NCBI GenBank assembly: GCA_002366725.1
Contig: DFBT01000076.1
Location: 1-49,047, forward strand
From: a candidate division WOR-3 bacterium UBA3073
GTDB lineage: Bacteria; Hydrothermota; UBA3073
Reading direction: 5' to 3'
Length of the DNA: 49,047 nt
Position 1 is the stretch's first letter. Each line of letters starts with the position of its first letter. Made by a program: the position numbers and the translations under genes. Of the stretch, positions 36,156 to 45,569 are shown piece after piece. The notes under the pieces were generated by a model that ran no database searches, was not told the origin of the DNA, and saw only the letters and a list, made by a program, of their open reading frames with translations.

Positions 36156-37151
36156 TCAACAACCACAGGACTTCCTTATAACAAGTCCTGTCTTAAGTAT
36201 GTTTTTTCTTCTTGTACTCTTACCTTTCAACATACCAGTAATACTTTCAACTGCCATAGCACCGAGTTCATACATTGGTAGATGAACGGTCGTCAGGGGA
36301 GGAGTAACAAGCCTTGCAAGTTCTATATCGTCAAATCCAATGATTGCCATATCCTTTGGAATCGAAAGACCTCTTTTCTTGACCGCCTCCATTGCTCCAA
36401 TAGCCATGGGATCGTTGGCTGCAAATACAGCATCTGGCGGTTGGACAAGGTCAAGAAGTATATGCATGGCACTTTCTCCTCCCTCCCATTGGAAGTTACC
36501 ATCTACTATATACTCTGGATTTAGTTTTATGTTGTAATCCTTAAGCGCTGACTTGTATCCGGCAAGTCTTTGGAATGCGTCATAATTATCAAGGGGACCT
36601 CTTATCGTTGCAATCCTTTTGTATCCATGTTTTATAAGATGTACAACCGCCTGATAGGCACCTTGCAAATCATCTATTACTACATATTTGCAATTAGTAT
36701 ATTTAATTTTTTTACATAAAACAACAATTGGAAAACTACTCCTGTGAAATTCCATCAAGAAGTCATCACCCAGTGTGGGGTCCATAAGGATTAGACCATC
36801 TACCCTTCCCTCGCCCAGAAGCCTGAAGGACAACTCCTCATCACTTCGATGACTGTGAAATGTGGAAACAAGGAGATGGAAATTCTGCCTTACAGCCGCC
36901 TCATCGGCACCCCTGATTACCTGAGAAAAGAAACCATCTGCGATTTCGGGAAGTATAAGCCCGATGGTATGAGTTCTGCCGAGAGTTAATCCCCTTGCTA
37001 TGGCACTTGGCACATACCCTAACTCCTTTATCACCTCATAAACCCTTTCCCTTGTATCCTGCCTTACCTTCGGATTCCCGTTGATTACACGGGAAACGGT
37101 GGTTATAGATACCCCTGCCCTCTCTGCGACCTCTTTTATTGTCCCCGGCAT
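36156..37151 (-). CDS. LacI/GalR-family transcriptional regulator
   Basis: HTH region IKEVAERAGVSITTVSRVINGNPKVRQDTRERVYEVIKELGYVPSAIARGL, then a periplasmic-binding-protein-like sugar-binding domain. ATG at 37151 follows AAGGAG; the track start at 37199 is TTG. Confidence 0.9.
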   Translation of the reverse strand: MPGTIKEVAERAGVSITTVSRVINGNPKVRQDTRERVYEVIKELGYVPSAIARGLTLGRTHTIGLILPEIADGFFSQVIRGADEAAVRQNFHLLVSTFHSHRSDEELSFRLLGEGRVDGLILMDPTLGDDFLMEFHRSSFPIVVLCKKIKYTNCKYVVIDDLQGAYQAVVHLIKHGYKRIATIRGPLDNYDAFQRLAGYKSALKDYNIKLNPEYIVDGNFQWEGGESAMHILLDLVQPPDAVFAANDPMAIGAMEAVKKRGLSIPKDMAIIGFDDIELARLVTPPLTTVHLPMYELGAMAVESITGMLKGKSTRRKNILKTGLVIRKSCGC

Positions 37152-37165
37152 TCTTTCTCTCCTTG

Positions 37166-37179
37166 TGGAATCGGTTTCA
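37166..37179. promoter_or_regulatory. LacI-family operator candidate O1 (cre-like pseudo-palindrome)
   Basis: The plus strand reads TGGAATCGGTTTCA, with one mismatch to TGWAANCGNTNWCA. It sits in the lacI-like 5' UTR, 15 nt upstream of the ATG. Confidence 0.5.
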
Positions 37180-37209
37180 TAAAATATAGTTCTAGTCAAC
37201 TATTCTTGA

Positions 37210-37223
37210 TGAAATCGGTTTCA
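37210..37223. promoter_or_regulatory. LacI-family operator candidate O2 (cre-like pseudo-palindrome)
   Basis: TGAAATCGGTTTCA fits TGWAANCGNTNWCA exactly. The 16-mer ATGAAATCGGTTTCAT has arms ATGAAA/TTTCAT. It lies 4 nt downstream of the -10 box, so it overlaps the predicted TSS. Confidence 0.55.
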
Positions 37224-37227
37224 TTAT

Positions 37228-37256
37228 ATTATATTATAATAATTTGATTTTGTCAA
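37228..37256 (-). promoter_or_regulatory. sigma70-type promoter (TTGACA-17-TATAAT) of the LacI-family gene
   Basis: The reverse strand reads TTGACA aaatcaaattattataa TATAAT. Confidence 0.55.
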
Positions 37257-37435
37257 GGAAAAAATGTTTTTATGAATTTTTTTTTTGCTTTTTTCGATTT
37301 CATCCCTTTTAAAAACTATTTTAAAATGGGGAATTTTGTGGTATGATGGGTGGGAGAAAGGGTGAATCAAAGAGATAGGGAAAAGGTATTACCGACGCAT
37401 TTTGCAGTGACAAGAGAATTCGTGGTCATATGATA

Positions 37436-40400
37436 CTATCTTATGAGCAGTATCTTTTCTGTGTCCTTTGATTCTCCTCTACCCAACCTTAGAAAGTACA
37501 CACCGTTTGATAGGCGCCTGCCGCTGGAATCCTTACCATCCCATAAGACCTTATATCTACCCGCTTGCTTCTCTTCATTGACCAGGGTTCTTATAAGTTG
37601 TCCTGAAATATTGTATATCTTGAGTGTGGTTAGTATAGAGCTCCTGCCAGTTAGGAAATAATCGATAGCTACTGATTTATTGAACGGGTTCGGGCTGCTT
37701 TGCAAGAGCAGGCATCGATTTATGCTATCTAAAATATCCTCTTCCTCAACGGCGAAAAGGGCGGCAGCAAAGATAATCGGACCACCCGCACCATAGATCT
37801 CCTGACCAATTTGTCCCGACTTTTCCCAACCCTGCCTTAAGTCCTCAAGTGGGACATACATAGATGGAACATTTACTGCACCGTATATGGTGGTCTCTGT
37901 CCAAACTGCCTCTTCAGGTAAAAAAGGTGCCAGAGAATATCGCATAACTGCTGGGGTGTAATCAATAAATCCGCCAATTAAATTATTGAAATACTCCGGA
38001 ATGAGTCCTGAAGTGAGGTTTACATACTCATTTAAATATTCCCAGACCTCATACTGTTCCTTCATCGTGATAACCCCTGCCTCTTGCATGGGACTCATTC
38101 CAAAAAAAGTAAGATAATCTGAAGCGTATCCATAATCACACTCCCAGAGCCAGCAGGCTCTCATTATATTTGCGAGGGGCATATAGCTCATCCTCAAATA
38201 ATCACTGTTGCCTGTGATTTGATATAATCTGGCACAGGCTACCGCACAGGCAGCTGTCATCTGTAACTCATACGCGAGGTTGAAACCTTTCCCAACAATA
38301 TGCTGAATGGACGCCTCTGCTTCGTCAAGATAGAGTTGTTCTTCCTTAAGGTCGTAACATTCCAGCATAAGATAAGCATACCCTCCAGCTACATCTGGCT
38401 CTGAACCGGATAATGCATTGTTGGTGTTGTAATCAAAGAAGACCGGGAATTCATAATTAACATTGTGCGCAAAGTCAATAATCGTTGGAATAGATAGAAA
38501 GAGCAGCAAGTCAGCCATATCACTTCCCATTTTGTCCAGTTTTGCAAGACCAATGGCAAGTTCCATCGTATACCAGCTATCTCCTCTCGTTATACCCTCA
38601 TTAGGATAGTCATTTACAATTGTTTGGTGTGTGGTATTATAAAAATAGGGCAGGATTTGCTCCAGACCATCATCTATAGAAGTTACATCACCATATATCT
38701 CCTCATATTTTTCAATTGCTACAAGCACATCCAATTGCGCAATCAATTCGGCAGAGTCAAAACGGGGGATATTGACATATGCCCTCAAAAAATCAACACC
38801 GTTAACCGCCACCCAGCATCTTGCATCAAGGAGATCGTTCAACTCATAAGATGCCACCTCTTGCCAATTGGTTTCTATAATATCGGGTTTATAAATATGT
38901 TCATAAATTTTTGACAATGAGAAAATGAATCTCTCTGCTATCTCTACCTCAGAGGTGGGCATACCGGGGATTATATAGATATATGTGTCTACAATATCAA
39001 AATTCGTTCCCGCTGGAATAATTGTTGGTGGACCAATAGGCCTTTTATAACCAATACTTCCTCCGGAGGCATCCACTACATATTCGGGTGCCCATCCTGC
39101 TTTAAGCGTGAAGTAATCATTGAGTGTAGAAAAATCCTCGAAGTAGAAGATTGAACTGTTGAGGGTGTCTTCGTAGAGGTAGCAGATGCCGGAGGCGAAT
39201 CTTGCTTGTTTTGTATATCTGGTTATACCACCTGTTGTTAGACATCCGTTGACTCTGTCGTAAAACCAAAGGTCCCTCGGATTATCGATTATCACCGCAG
39301 ACTGATTAGTTGATATATTTGCCTGCCAATTTATCAATCCGGGACTATCTCTATACACCGTGAAGAGAATAGTAAAATCAGCCCAATCTCTTGTACAAAG
39401 AATTGTTATCAAAATTTCATCCTCGGTCTCTGTCGCCGATATATCCTGCACATATTCAGGTTTCATAAGATCGAATAGAGCACCGTGAACAACCCTCGTT
39501 GCCAGTGCCTTCGAGGGTTCTAAAGTGGGATATATAAATATATATCCATCTGTTTCAGTCTTGTCGTATTCAATCGTGTAATCACCCATAGTTATGTGGA
39601 AATGGGTGCTATCCCAGGAGTCGAGAGTCACGGTTTCTTCTCCCGGAGGAGTGTGAATATTACAGATTACCTGAGGGTTTTCACCCTCCACTCCATCAGG
39701 GTCTTCATATGTGACCCTAACATCGTAATCTGTATCAGGGATGAGTCCAATAATAGTTCTTTGAAAGGAAGAATCCACCCTATACATATATCCGTCGTCG
39801 ATCCAACAGGTGACAACCGAGGGCTTATGCTCAAGAATTGCAGTCCCGTTAAGATTTGCATCACCAGAATAGGGTGCTATGACTTTTATTATGTTGGGTC
39901 CCTCTGCCTCTGCAGTGATCGTGCCCGCTGTCATCTTAATATGAGGAAGGAGGATATTGGTTATATACTTTGGGTTTTCACCAACAACTCCATCGGGGTC
40001 GAAATATGTTACCCTTGCGTCGTATTCAAGGCCGGGAGAGAGATCTGTTATCGTCTGTTTATATAAAAAGGGTTGTTTTTCCATAGTAACCTCTGGTTCC
40101 CATTCACTCTCATCTGATAGTTTATAACTCAAGGTTGCATATCCGTCATTGTCTGTATCTCCGGTGTAAGTGGCTTCAACAGTTATTGAATTATATGTGT
40201 GGGTTTCTGAGACTGTCCCCGTAATAGTTTGAGGCTCAGACGAAAGTTTAATATAAAGTTTTGGACGGTAATTGACAACATTATATTCGCTCGATGCAAA
40301 ATCCAGTATCCCACCAGCTAAAGAAACTACCGGCTCACGCAAGACAAACCCAAAATTGCTGTCGGGATAAACCATCCAGTGTTGGCACATATCAGTCAAA

Positions 40401-40975
40401 GTCCAGGAGTGCCATGTATTGGTCGAAGTGCTTGTGTAGAAGCTTTTAACCTCTTCAGGCGTCCCTTCTCTGTCATCGGGCACGCCGTTACAACCAGCTA
40501 CTGCCCAGGGAACACTATCAAGGATGGCATAATTCCAGTTGCATTCCCCCAAGACTGCTGGTTGACCATCATAGCCGCCGGGGTCGTTACCACTTCCTTC
40601 TCCCCAAGCTCGATTGAGACGGTAAACACCCAGCTCCTTGGTATCTGTCTGGGGTGTTCTCCTCTGTGTGAAGTAGAGGTAAACCCAGGCAGAGTCGATC
40701 TCTGTCCCGGATGGAATGGATGAGAGATCGAACCTTACAAGGGCGTGCTTTGCATCCACCTCTCCGCCGTTCCCTGTGGCCTCGAACATATCCTCACCGC
40801 CCGTATTCCAGTCGGGTTTATCGATGAAGATATGTGCATCTGTACATCCATAGTATCCATCCACACCCTGCTGGAATGTAAAGATCTCCTGTGCAAGAGA
40901 GTTGCCTTCTATTGAAATGAAGCCAAGGCAGAGCAAGATAATAACAATTAAAAAGTTTCGGCGATTATAAAACAT
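37436..40975 (-). CDS. ~1180-aa secreted protein: DNRLRE-like N-domain, two Fn3-like modules, large uncharacterised helical domain, T9SS type-A-like CTD
   Basis: - I prefer the start at 40975 (MFYNRRNFLIVIILLCLGFISIEGNSLA, a good signal peptide). The ATG at 41017 is also possible, and neither has a strong SD.
- DNRLRE-like region CTDAHIFIDKPDWNTGG...KHALVRFDLSSIPSGTEIDSAWVYLY.
- Duplicated modules ending YDARVTYFDPDGVVGENP and YDVRVTYEDPDGVEGENP.
- C-terminus SSPNPFNKSVAIDYF...IYNISGQLI...GVYFLRL...KILLIR. Confidence 0.7.
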   Translation of the reverse strand: MFYNRRNFLIVIILLCLGFISIEGNSLAQEIFTFQQGVDGYYGCTDAHIFIDKPDWNTGGEDMFEATGNGGEVDAKHALVRFDLSSIPSGTEIDSAWVYLYFTQRRTPQTDTKELGVYRLNRAWGEGSGNDPGGYDGQPAVLGECNWNYAILDSVPWAVAGCNGVPDDREGTPEEVKSFYTSTSTNTWHSWTLTDMCQHWMVYPDSNFGFVLREPVVSLAGGILDFASSEYNVVNYRPKLYIKLSSEPQTITGTVSETHTYNSITVEATYTGDTDNDGYATLSYKLSDESEWEPEVTMEKQPFLYKQTITDLSPGLEYDARVTYFDPDGVVGENPKYITNILLPHIKMTAGTITAEAEGPNIIKVIAPYSGDANLNGTAILEHKPSVVTCWIDDGYMYRVDSSFQRTIIGLIPDTDYDVRVTYEDPDGVEGENPQVICNIHTPPGEETVTLDSWDSTHFHITMGDYTIEYDKTETDGYIFIYPTLEPSKALATRVVHGALFDLMKPEYVQDISATETEDEILITILCTRDWADFTILFTVYRDSPGLINWQANISTNQSAVIIDNPRDLWFYDRVNGCLTTGGITRYTKQARFASGICYLYEDTLNSSIFYFEDFSTLNDYFTLKAGWAPEYVVDASGGSIGYKRPIGPPTIIPAGTNFDIVDTYIYIIPGMPTSEVEIAERFIFSLSKIYEHIYKPDIIETNWQEVASYELNDLLDARCWVAVNGVDFLRAYVNIPRFDSAELIAQLDVLVAIEKYEEIYGDVTSIDDGLEQILPYFYNTTHQTIVNDYPNEGITRGDSWYTMELAIGLAKLDKMGSDMADLLLFLSIPTIIDFAHNVNYEFPVFFDYNTNNALSGSEPDVAGGYAYLMLECYDLKEEQLYLDEAEASIQHIVGKGFNLAYELQMTAACAVACARLYQITGNSDYLRMSYMPLANIMRACWLWECDYGYASDYLTFFGMSPMQEAGVITMKEQYEVWEYLNEYVNLTSGLIPEYFNNLIGGFIDYTPAVMRYSLAPFLPEEAVWTETTIYGAVNVPSMYVPLEDLRQGWEKSGQIGQEIYGAGGPIIFAAALFAVEEEDILDSINRCLLLQSSPNPFNKSVAIDYFLTGRSSILTTLKIYNISGQLIRTLVNEEKQAGRYKVLWDGKDSSGRRLSNGVYFLRLGRGESKDTEKILLIR

Positions 40976-41140
40976 TTGACACCAAAAATACAGTAAAATA
41001 AAAATATCAAAATTCATTCATGGGTAGGTCATCCCGCTATCGGAGGGGTCTCATACAATCTTTCTCGAAGGGGAAAGACTTAAAATCTGTCCCCACAGAG
41101 GGGGTAAAAAAATGGAAGACTGGAACTTGTGCTTACAGAA

Positions 41141-41172
41141 CGGAAACGCTGAGAGTGTTATAGTCGTTTCCG
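41141..41172 (-). terminator. hairpin 17 nt downstream of PorV-like copy 2 (weak terminator candidate)
   Basis: CGGAAACG (41141-41148) pairs with CGTTTCCG (41165-41172) across a 16-nt loop. It is followed on the reverse strand by TTCTGT only. Confidence 0.35.
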
Positions 41173-41188
41173 GGGATTCGATGATTAA

Positions 41189-42211
41189 TCAGAACTCTAT
41201 TCCCACAGAAATCCTGTGGGTACCACCGAGTCTGTCAAAATTTGCAAAGGCATAGTCTACTTTGAATAAAACCACTCCACCTATATTACCGCGTATACCC
41301 GAACCAAATGTAAGTCCCTCTTCGCTGTCCCGCTTCAATAATGAACTGTAGCCGCCCCTTAAGTACAATAAGTCATTAAAACCATACTCTATTCCCAAGT
41401 TCAGATACTCTGTGTTATCATTTGGATGAACGGCGTCTGTGGCAATAGTTAGACGATTGGTTCTGTTCTTCAGAACATCCATCGCTATCCCAGCCCTGAA
41501 GGCTAAAGGCAACGGCCATTTGTCTGTAACCAGATTGGCTTCAGTCAGTTCATTGTTGCCCATTATTGTTGGATCGATATCATGATACACCATAACATCT
41601 CTCCCGGATAACATCATATCCATGCCAAAATTTGATATGGTCATTCCAATCTTCATATCGTTGAAGTGGGTAATAAATAAAGTCCCGAAATCGACCGCAA
41701 AACTTGAGGCAGTCATATGCCAGACTTTCTCCTGAATGTATTTGGTATTGAAACCAATCGAGAACCTATCGGTCAGATTCCTTGCGTAAGACAGTCCAAG
41801 TGCCATACTGCCAACCGAAAACATCTCCCCGGTTCCTTCTGGTTCATCAACCGTTCTCACAACCATATCTGCAGTATTTAAAGAAGTTAGACTCATTCCG
41901 ATGACGCCATAATCACCCATATAGAATATACCACCTACAAAATCAAAGTTTATGTCAGCCAGCCATTCTATATGGGTAACCGTCATTTCGTTCCTATTCA
42001 ACCTCGATAGTCCTGCTGGATTCCAGTATATAGCAGTGGCGTCATCAGCTACAGCAGCAAAGGCTCCTCCCATACCCATTGCTCGTGAGCCAACCTCGAT
42101 CTCTAAGAAAGGAGCAGCGGTTGTCCCTACCGCAGAGACATTGCGGACAAATTGACTGTAGGATTGACCGACTGTTACAAACACAAGTAGAAAAATAAAA
42201 GTAGTTCTCAT
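41189..42211 (-). CDS. PorV/PorQ-like (FadL-superfamily) outer-membrane beta-barrel, copy 2
   Basis: ATG at 42211 follows GGAGGAGG, 14 nt after the upstream stop. Signal MRTTFIFLLVFVTVGQSYSQ. Motif GTTAAPFLEIEVGSRAMGMGGAFAAVADDATAIYWNPAG. C-terminus SVGIEF. The track's 119-aa N-terminal extension overlaps the upstream gene and is an artefact. Confidence 0.7.
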   Translation of the reverse strand: MRTTFIFLLVFVTVGQSYSQFVRNVSAVGTTAAPFLEIEVGSRAMGMGGAFAAVADDATAIYWNPAGLSRLNRNEMTVTHIEWLADINFDFVGGIFYMGDYGVIGMSLTSLNTADMVVRTVDEPEGTGEMFSVGSMALGLSYARNLTDRFSIGFNTKYIQEKVWHMTASSFAVDFGTLFITHFNDMKIGMTISNFGMDMMLSGRDVMVYHDIDPTIMGNNELTEANLVTDKWPLPLAFRAGIAMDVLKNRTNRLTIATDAVHPNDNTEYLNLGIEYGFNDLLYLRGGYSSLLKRDSEEGLTFGSGIRGNIGGVVLFKVDYAFANFDRLGGTHRISVGIEF

Positions 42212-42225
42212 TACACCTCCTCCTT

Positions 42226-45200
42226 TTATTTTATCACGGCGAACTTGCCAATTTTCTCGCCAATTCCAGGGGCGTCTATGTGATATATATAGAGTCCATA
42301 GGAAATATCCATACCGTCCTTGGATACCAAATTCCATGACTCTGCACCATCCTTCATTGTGCTCTCGTGTTCTATTTTCTTTACCAGATTGCCCCTCACA
42401 GTGTATATGCGAATAGTGCATTTTTGTGGCAGATGTATAAAATCTATCTTTCTTTCTCCTCTGCCAAATTGATAAACATTGGGGGACTCCCAGGAGGCTG
42501 CAACTACATAGGGATTCGGCACCACAGCTATCCTGTCCAGTTCTGCTTTGGCCTTCTCCTTGCTGCAAAACTCTGCTTTGACCACAAATTCGAATACATC
42601 ACCATCCAGCGTATCTCCTTCGGCATCCAACCACTCACCTCTGAAAGGCTTTGTTGTTCGGAGACAGTAAATATCTCCCGGTTGAGGTGGAATGGGGTCC
42701 TCAAGGAAGGTGGTATCAACAACAATGCTGTCATCACCAATATAGGTTGTATCATAAATAGCAGGAGGGCCTGACAGGCGGAGTTCCCATGTTGTTCTAT
42801 AATTAACCACTGAACTGGGATCTTCTACGAGAATAATGACTGCATCCCCCATTGTATACAGAGAGTCTCCATCCTTATCGTCAAAGAGGAATGGCCATTC
42901 CAGACTATCGCCCGTAACATTCCAGATTGAGAAGTTTGTTGGTATTGCCTTATACGACCCAAACAGGGCTATAGAGGTAGAGACGATAGTATCGGAGAAG
43001 ATGAGTTTCATATCAGCGGGATAAAGTGTATTCAGGTTAAAAATTGGATTGGTCTCGCTGGAGAACATTGGGTTAAATCCGACTTCGATTTCGTGGTTGT
43101 TCTGCTTGACAAGCCAGCCAGATAGGGAATCGACAAAGACCGCTGTAGTATCATTGTGGAAATAAACCACCAGTCCATCAAAAAGAGGACTCTCGTCATC
43201 AACGCCACTCACATTCATACCGGTCACCAGTGTCTCTGGTGGTGAAGAAGGGTCATCAGGTAAGGTATCTCCTATAATTGTATAACCAGGAGCCTTGTCA
43301 AGATGCAAAAATGATGTATCGCTGAAAATAACCTTATAATATGCACCATCTTTTACAGACTCTGGAGCGATAAATCCTACTTCGATACTACCTGTTCCTG
43401 GACCCCTGTGTATAATTTCCCCTTCCACAACAGGGGGTGAATAACCAGCAGCAGGGGCATTTGGCGTTACAACAGCAGTATTTACATCCGTCATAGTTAC
43501 ACCCCTTTCATCAATAAATAATGTGGAAGTGCATTCAGTTGGGGCAATACCAATAGGATAACCATCTTCATCGAATAAAACATTCCCAAGGGAATCACGA
43601 GCAATAAATCCCCGATCGTAGGATACAATGGCATAATAATAGGTCTGACCATTATTTACACTCGAATCTACAAATGTGTGTCGCAGTCCTGTATCATCTC
43701 CAAGATTAAAACCTGCTCCATAGACATCAATTAAATGGGGACCTTTTAGTCCATTTTTTAAATCAAATTGTGCGAGGGGTTTTCGAAAAGTTGGATTACC
43801 ATAAGCATCCGTTATTATTCTTGCTTCCAAAAAACTTGGTTCAGTTGAGCGGTAAATTCTATATCCCTCAAAATCATATTCCTGGAGATATCTATCATAT
43901 GAATACTCTGCCCTATCGTCCCAGGAGAGTGTGACCTTTCCATCCCCAGGGATTGCAGTAAGACGAGGCTTGTCTGGTGGTCTTGAAAAATTGTAGTTTG
44001 CATTGTATATTGCTTGAACAGTCTTTGTATTTCTTCTTAAATCGTCCAAATCTTCTCCAAATAGTAGCGCAATGGAAAATCTTTGTGTTTCTCCTGGATG
44101 CAGCGGAAATGTTCCTGATGCGAACCACATCGCAAGATTTACACCTATAAGTTGTTGCTCTTCTGTAGGGGGTACCAATTGGGATAGGAGTTGCCAGACC
44201 GCTTCTTCTTCACTTGGTTTATGCCCCACCTCATGTACCATAAAGATCTTGAATCCGGTTAAGCCAATCTGGTCTGATTCATCTTTATCGGTCTGGTCAA
44301 AATTCGGCTCTCCTAGAGTAGGTATACCATCACCCTCACCTTCATCAGGGCCAAAATAGCCCTCATCTGTAGGTCCGATACCATCTGCTCCAAGGTCGTC
44401 GTTCAGTGGCTCACCGGGGTCCCATACTCCATTCTCATTTCTATCAGTGAATGCATGCCAATCACCGTCCTCATCACCAGACCAGTGCCAACGTACAAAA
44501 GGTACTCCACTTGCTCGAGCTTCTTCATCCAATGCTCCATCCTCCCTGTAGTAACCACAAGAACCATATACCCACCCTCCGGGCCCACTCTCCCTCGTTT
44601 CATCGGTCAACCCGTCATTATCGTTATCTATACCATCCCAGGGATTCCCTGGACTCTCTAAGAAGGCAAATCCTGCTACTCCAGCCTTACCACCCCACTG
44701 ACTTTCGTTGTTGATAGCCCATGCATATGCAAGGTCTATATCTGTATCGTAGCTGCCGCAATCATCACTTCCACCTGGACTAGGCATGGACTGACCCACT
44801 CCCCAGTCTATATAAGACGCAAAGAGAACCTTCTCATAGTCATATGTGCCCTCATTGGTGATTGCAAAATGCCAGAAGATACAATCCTCTGCCAGGACAT
44901 GCGACCATTGAAATCCCCTCACGGCAACCGCCAATCCAAGACCTCGCCGGGTGGTATCGGTAGGATCCGGATAAAAATTCCATCTGGTATCGTAGTCATC
45001 GTCCACCACATAGTAGGTCTCCAAGTCTGCGTTTTTTACACCCTTACCAAAATAGCCATTCCAATATCCTGCCCACTCTGGCTTGTCTGGCCATCGGACT
45101 GGCCAGGATTCGGGGTCATCACTCATTGCCGGGGAATCCTGATAATAGTTGCAATAGCCCGGAAGAGGCCACCAGCCCAAAGGATATCCGTCCTCATCCC

Positions 45201-45531
45201 TATCCACATCCTCCCGATAGTTCACCTCTAAAGGGTGTATAGTATCGCCGTCCTCATCCACGCACTCTGCTTGGACAACAGTTGCTACCCCATCCACATA
45301 GAGATGCCCACTTCCTTTGGGCCATTCTCCAGAATATGGAGTAGCATATTTTGCTATCTCTCCATGATTAAAAAATATTGTTCTTACAAGGTTGCCATCC
45401 ATTATTCCACTTTTATCCCAAAACCTATCGCCTGTGTGAGGAGCAGGATCACGCGGTTGGGCATAGAGAGAGGTAGCCTGCATGAGGAGTGGAATTACCG
45501 AAATTAACAAGATTGTTTTTTTGTTCCTCAT
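42226..45531 (-). CDS. ~1100-aa secreted protein of unknown function with acidic Ca-loop clusters, Fn3-like module and divergent C-terminal sorting-like domain (paralog B)
   Basis: Signal MRNKKTILLISVIPLLMQATSLYAQP, with GGAGA SD. It is colinear with 28233-31475: GIDNDNDGLTDE, GEGDGIPTLGEPNFDQTDKDESDQIGLT, PPDKPRLTAIPGDGKVTLSWDD...FEGYRIYRS. C-terminus VVPNPY...IRIYTVRGNLV...GLYIYHI...GKFAVIK. Confidence 0.8.
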   Translation of the reverse strand: MRNKKTILLISVIPLLMQATSLYAQPRDPAPHTGDRFWDKSGIMDGNLVRTIFFNHGEIAKYATPYSGEWPKGSGHLYVDGVATVVQAECVDEDGDTIHPLEVNYREDVDRDEDGYPLGWWPLPGYCNYYQDSPAMSDDPESWPVRWPDKPEWAGYWNGYFGKGVKNADLETYYVVDDDYDTRWNFYPDPTDTTRRGLGLAVAVRGFQWSHVLAEDCIFWHFAITNEGTYDYEKVLFASYIDWGVGQSMPSPGGSDDCGSYDTDIDLAYAWAINNESQWGGKAGVAGFAFLESPGNPWDGIDNDNDGLTDETRESGPGGWVYGSCGYYREDGALDEEARASGVPFVRWHWSGDEDGDWHAFTDRNENGVWDPGEPLNDDLGADGIGPTDEGYFGPDEGEGDGIPTLGEPNFDQTDKDESDQIGLTGFKIFMVHEVGHKPSEEEAVWQLLSQLVPPTEEQQLIGVNLAMWFASGTFPLHPGETQRFSIALLFGEDLDDLRRNTKTVQAIYNANYNFSRPPDKPRLTAIPGDGKVTLSWDDRAEYSYDRYLQEYDFEGYRIYRSTEPSFLEARIITDAYGNPTFRKPLAQFDLKNGLKGPHLIDVYGAGFNLGDDTGLRHTFVDSSVNNGQTYYYAIVSYDRGFIARDSLGNVLFDEDGYPIGIAPTECTSTLFIDERGVTMTDVNTAVVTPNAPAAGYSPPVVEGEIIHRGPGTGSIEVGFIAPESVKDGAYYKVIFSDTSFLHLDKAPGYTIIGDTLPDDPSSPPETLVTGMNVSGVDDESPLFDGLVVYFHNDTTAVFVDSLSGWLVKQNNHEIEVGFNPMFSSETNPIFNLNTLYPADMKLIFSDTIVSTSIALFGSYKAIPTNFSIWNVTGDSLEWPFLFDDKDGDSLYTMGDAVIILVEDPSSVVNYRTTWELRLSGPPAIYDTTYIGDDSIVVDTTFLEDPIPPQPGDIYCLRTTKPFRGEWLDAEGDTLDGDVFEFVVKAEFCSKEKAKAELDRIAVVPNPYVVAASWESPNVYQFGRGERKIDFIHLPQKCTIRIYTVRGNLVKKIEHESTMKDGAESWNLVSKDGMDISYGLYIYHIDAPGIGEKIGKFAVIK

Positions 45532-45569
45532 TTTATCTCCCGTGCTAAACTACTTTACTGGGAAAAATG

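Noticed and set aside
40973-41001. Plus-strand promoter-like TTGACA-17-TAAAAA.
   Set aside because: There is no plus-strand gene downstream, and the sequence lies inside the N-terminal coding or leader region of the 1193-aa minus-strand ORF.
42212-42568. Long N-terminal extensions of the PorV-like ORFs in the track (also 28237-28344), and similar extensions for the SBP (27077-27154), LacI (37152-37199), thiD and the 11626 ORF.
   Set aside because: The extensions overlap the upstream genes or start at TTG/GTG without an SD. In each case an internal ATG has a strong SD and gives a proper signal peptide or domain start.
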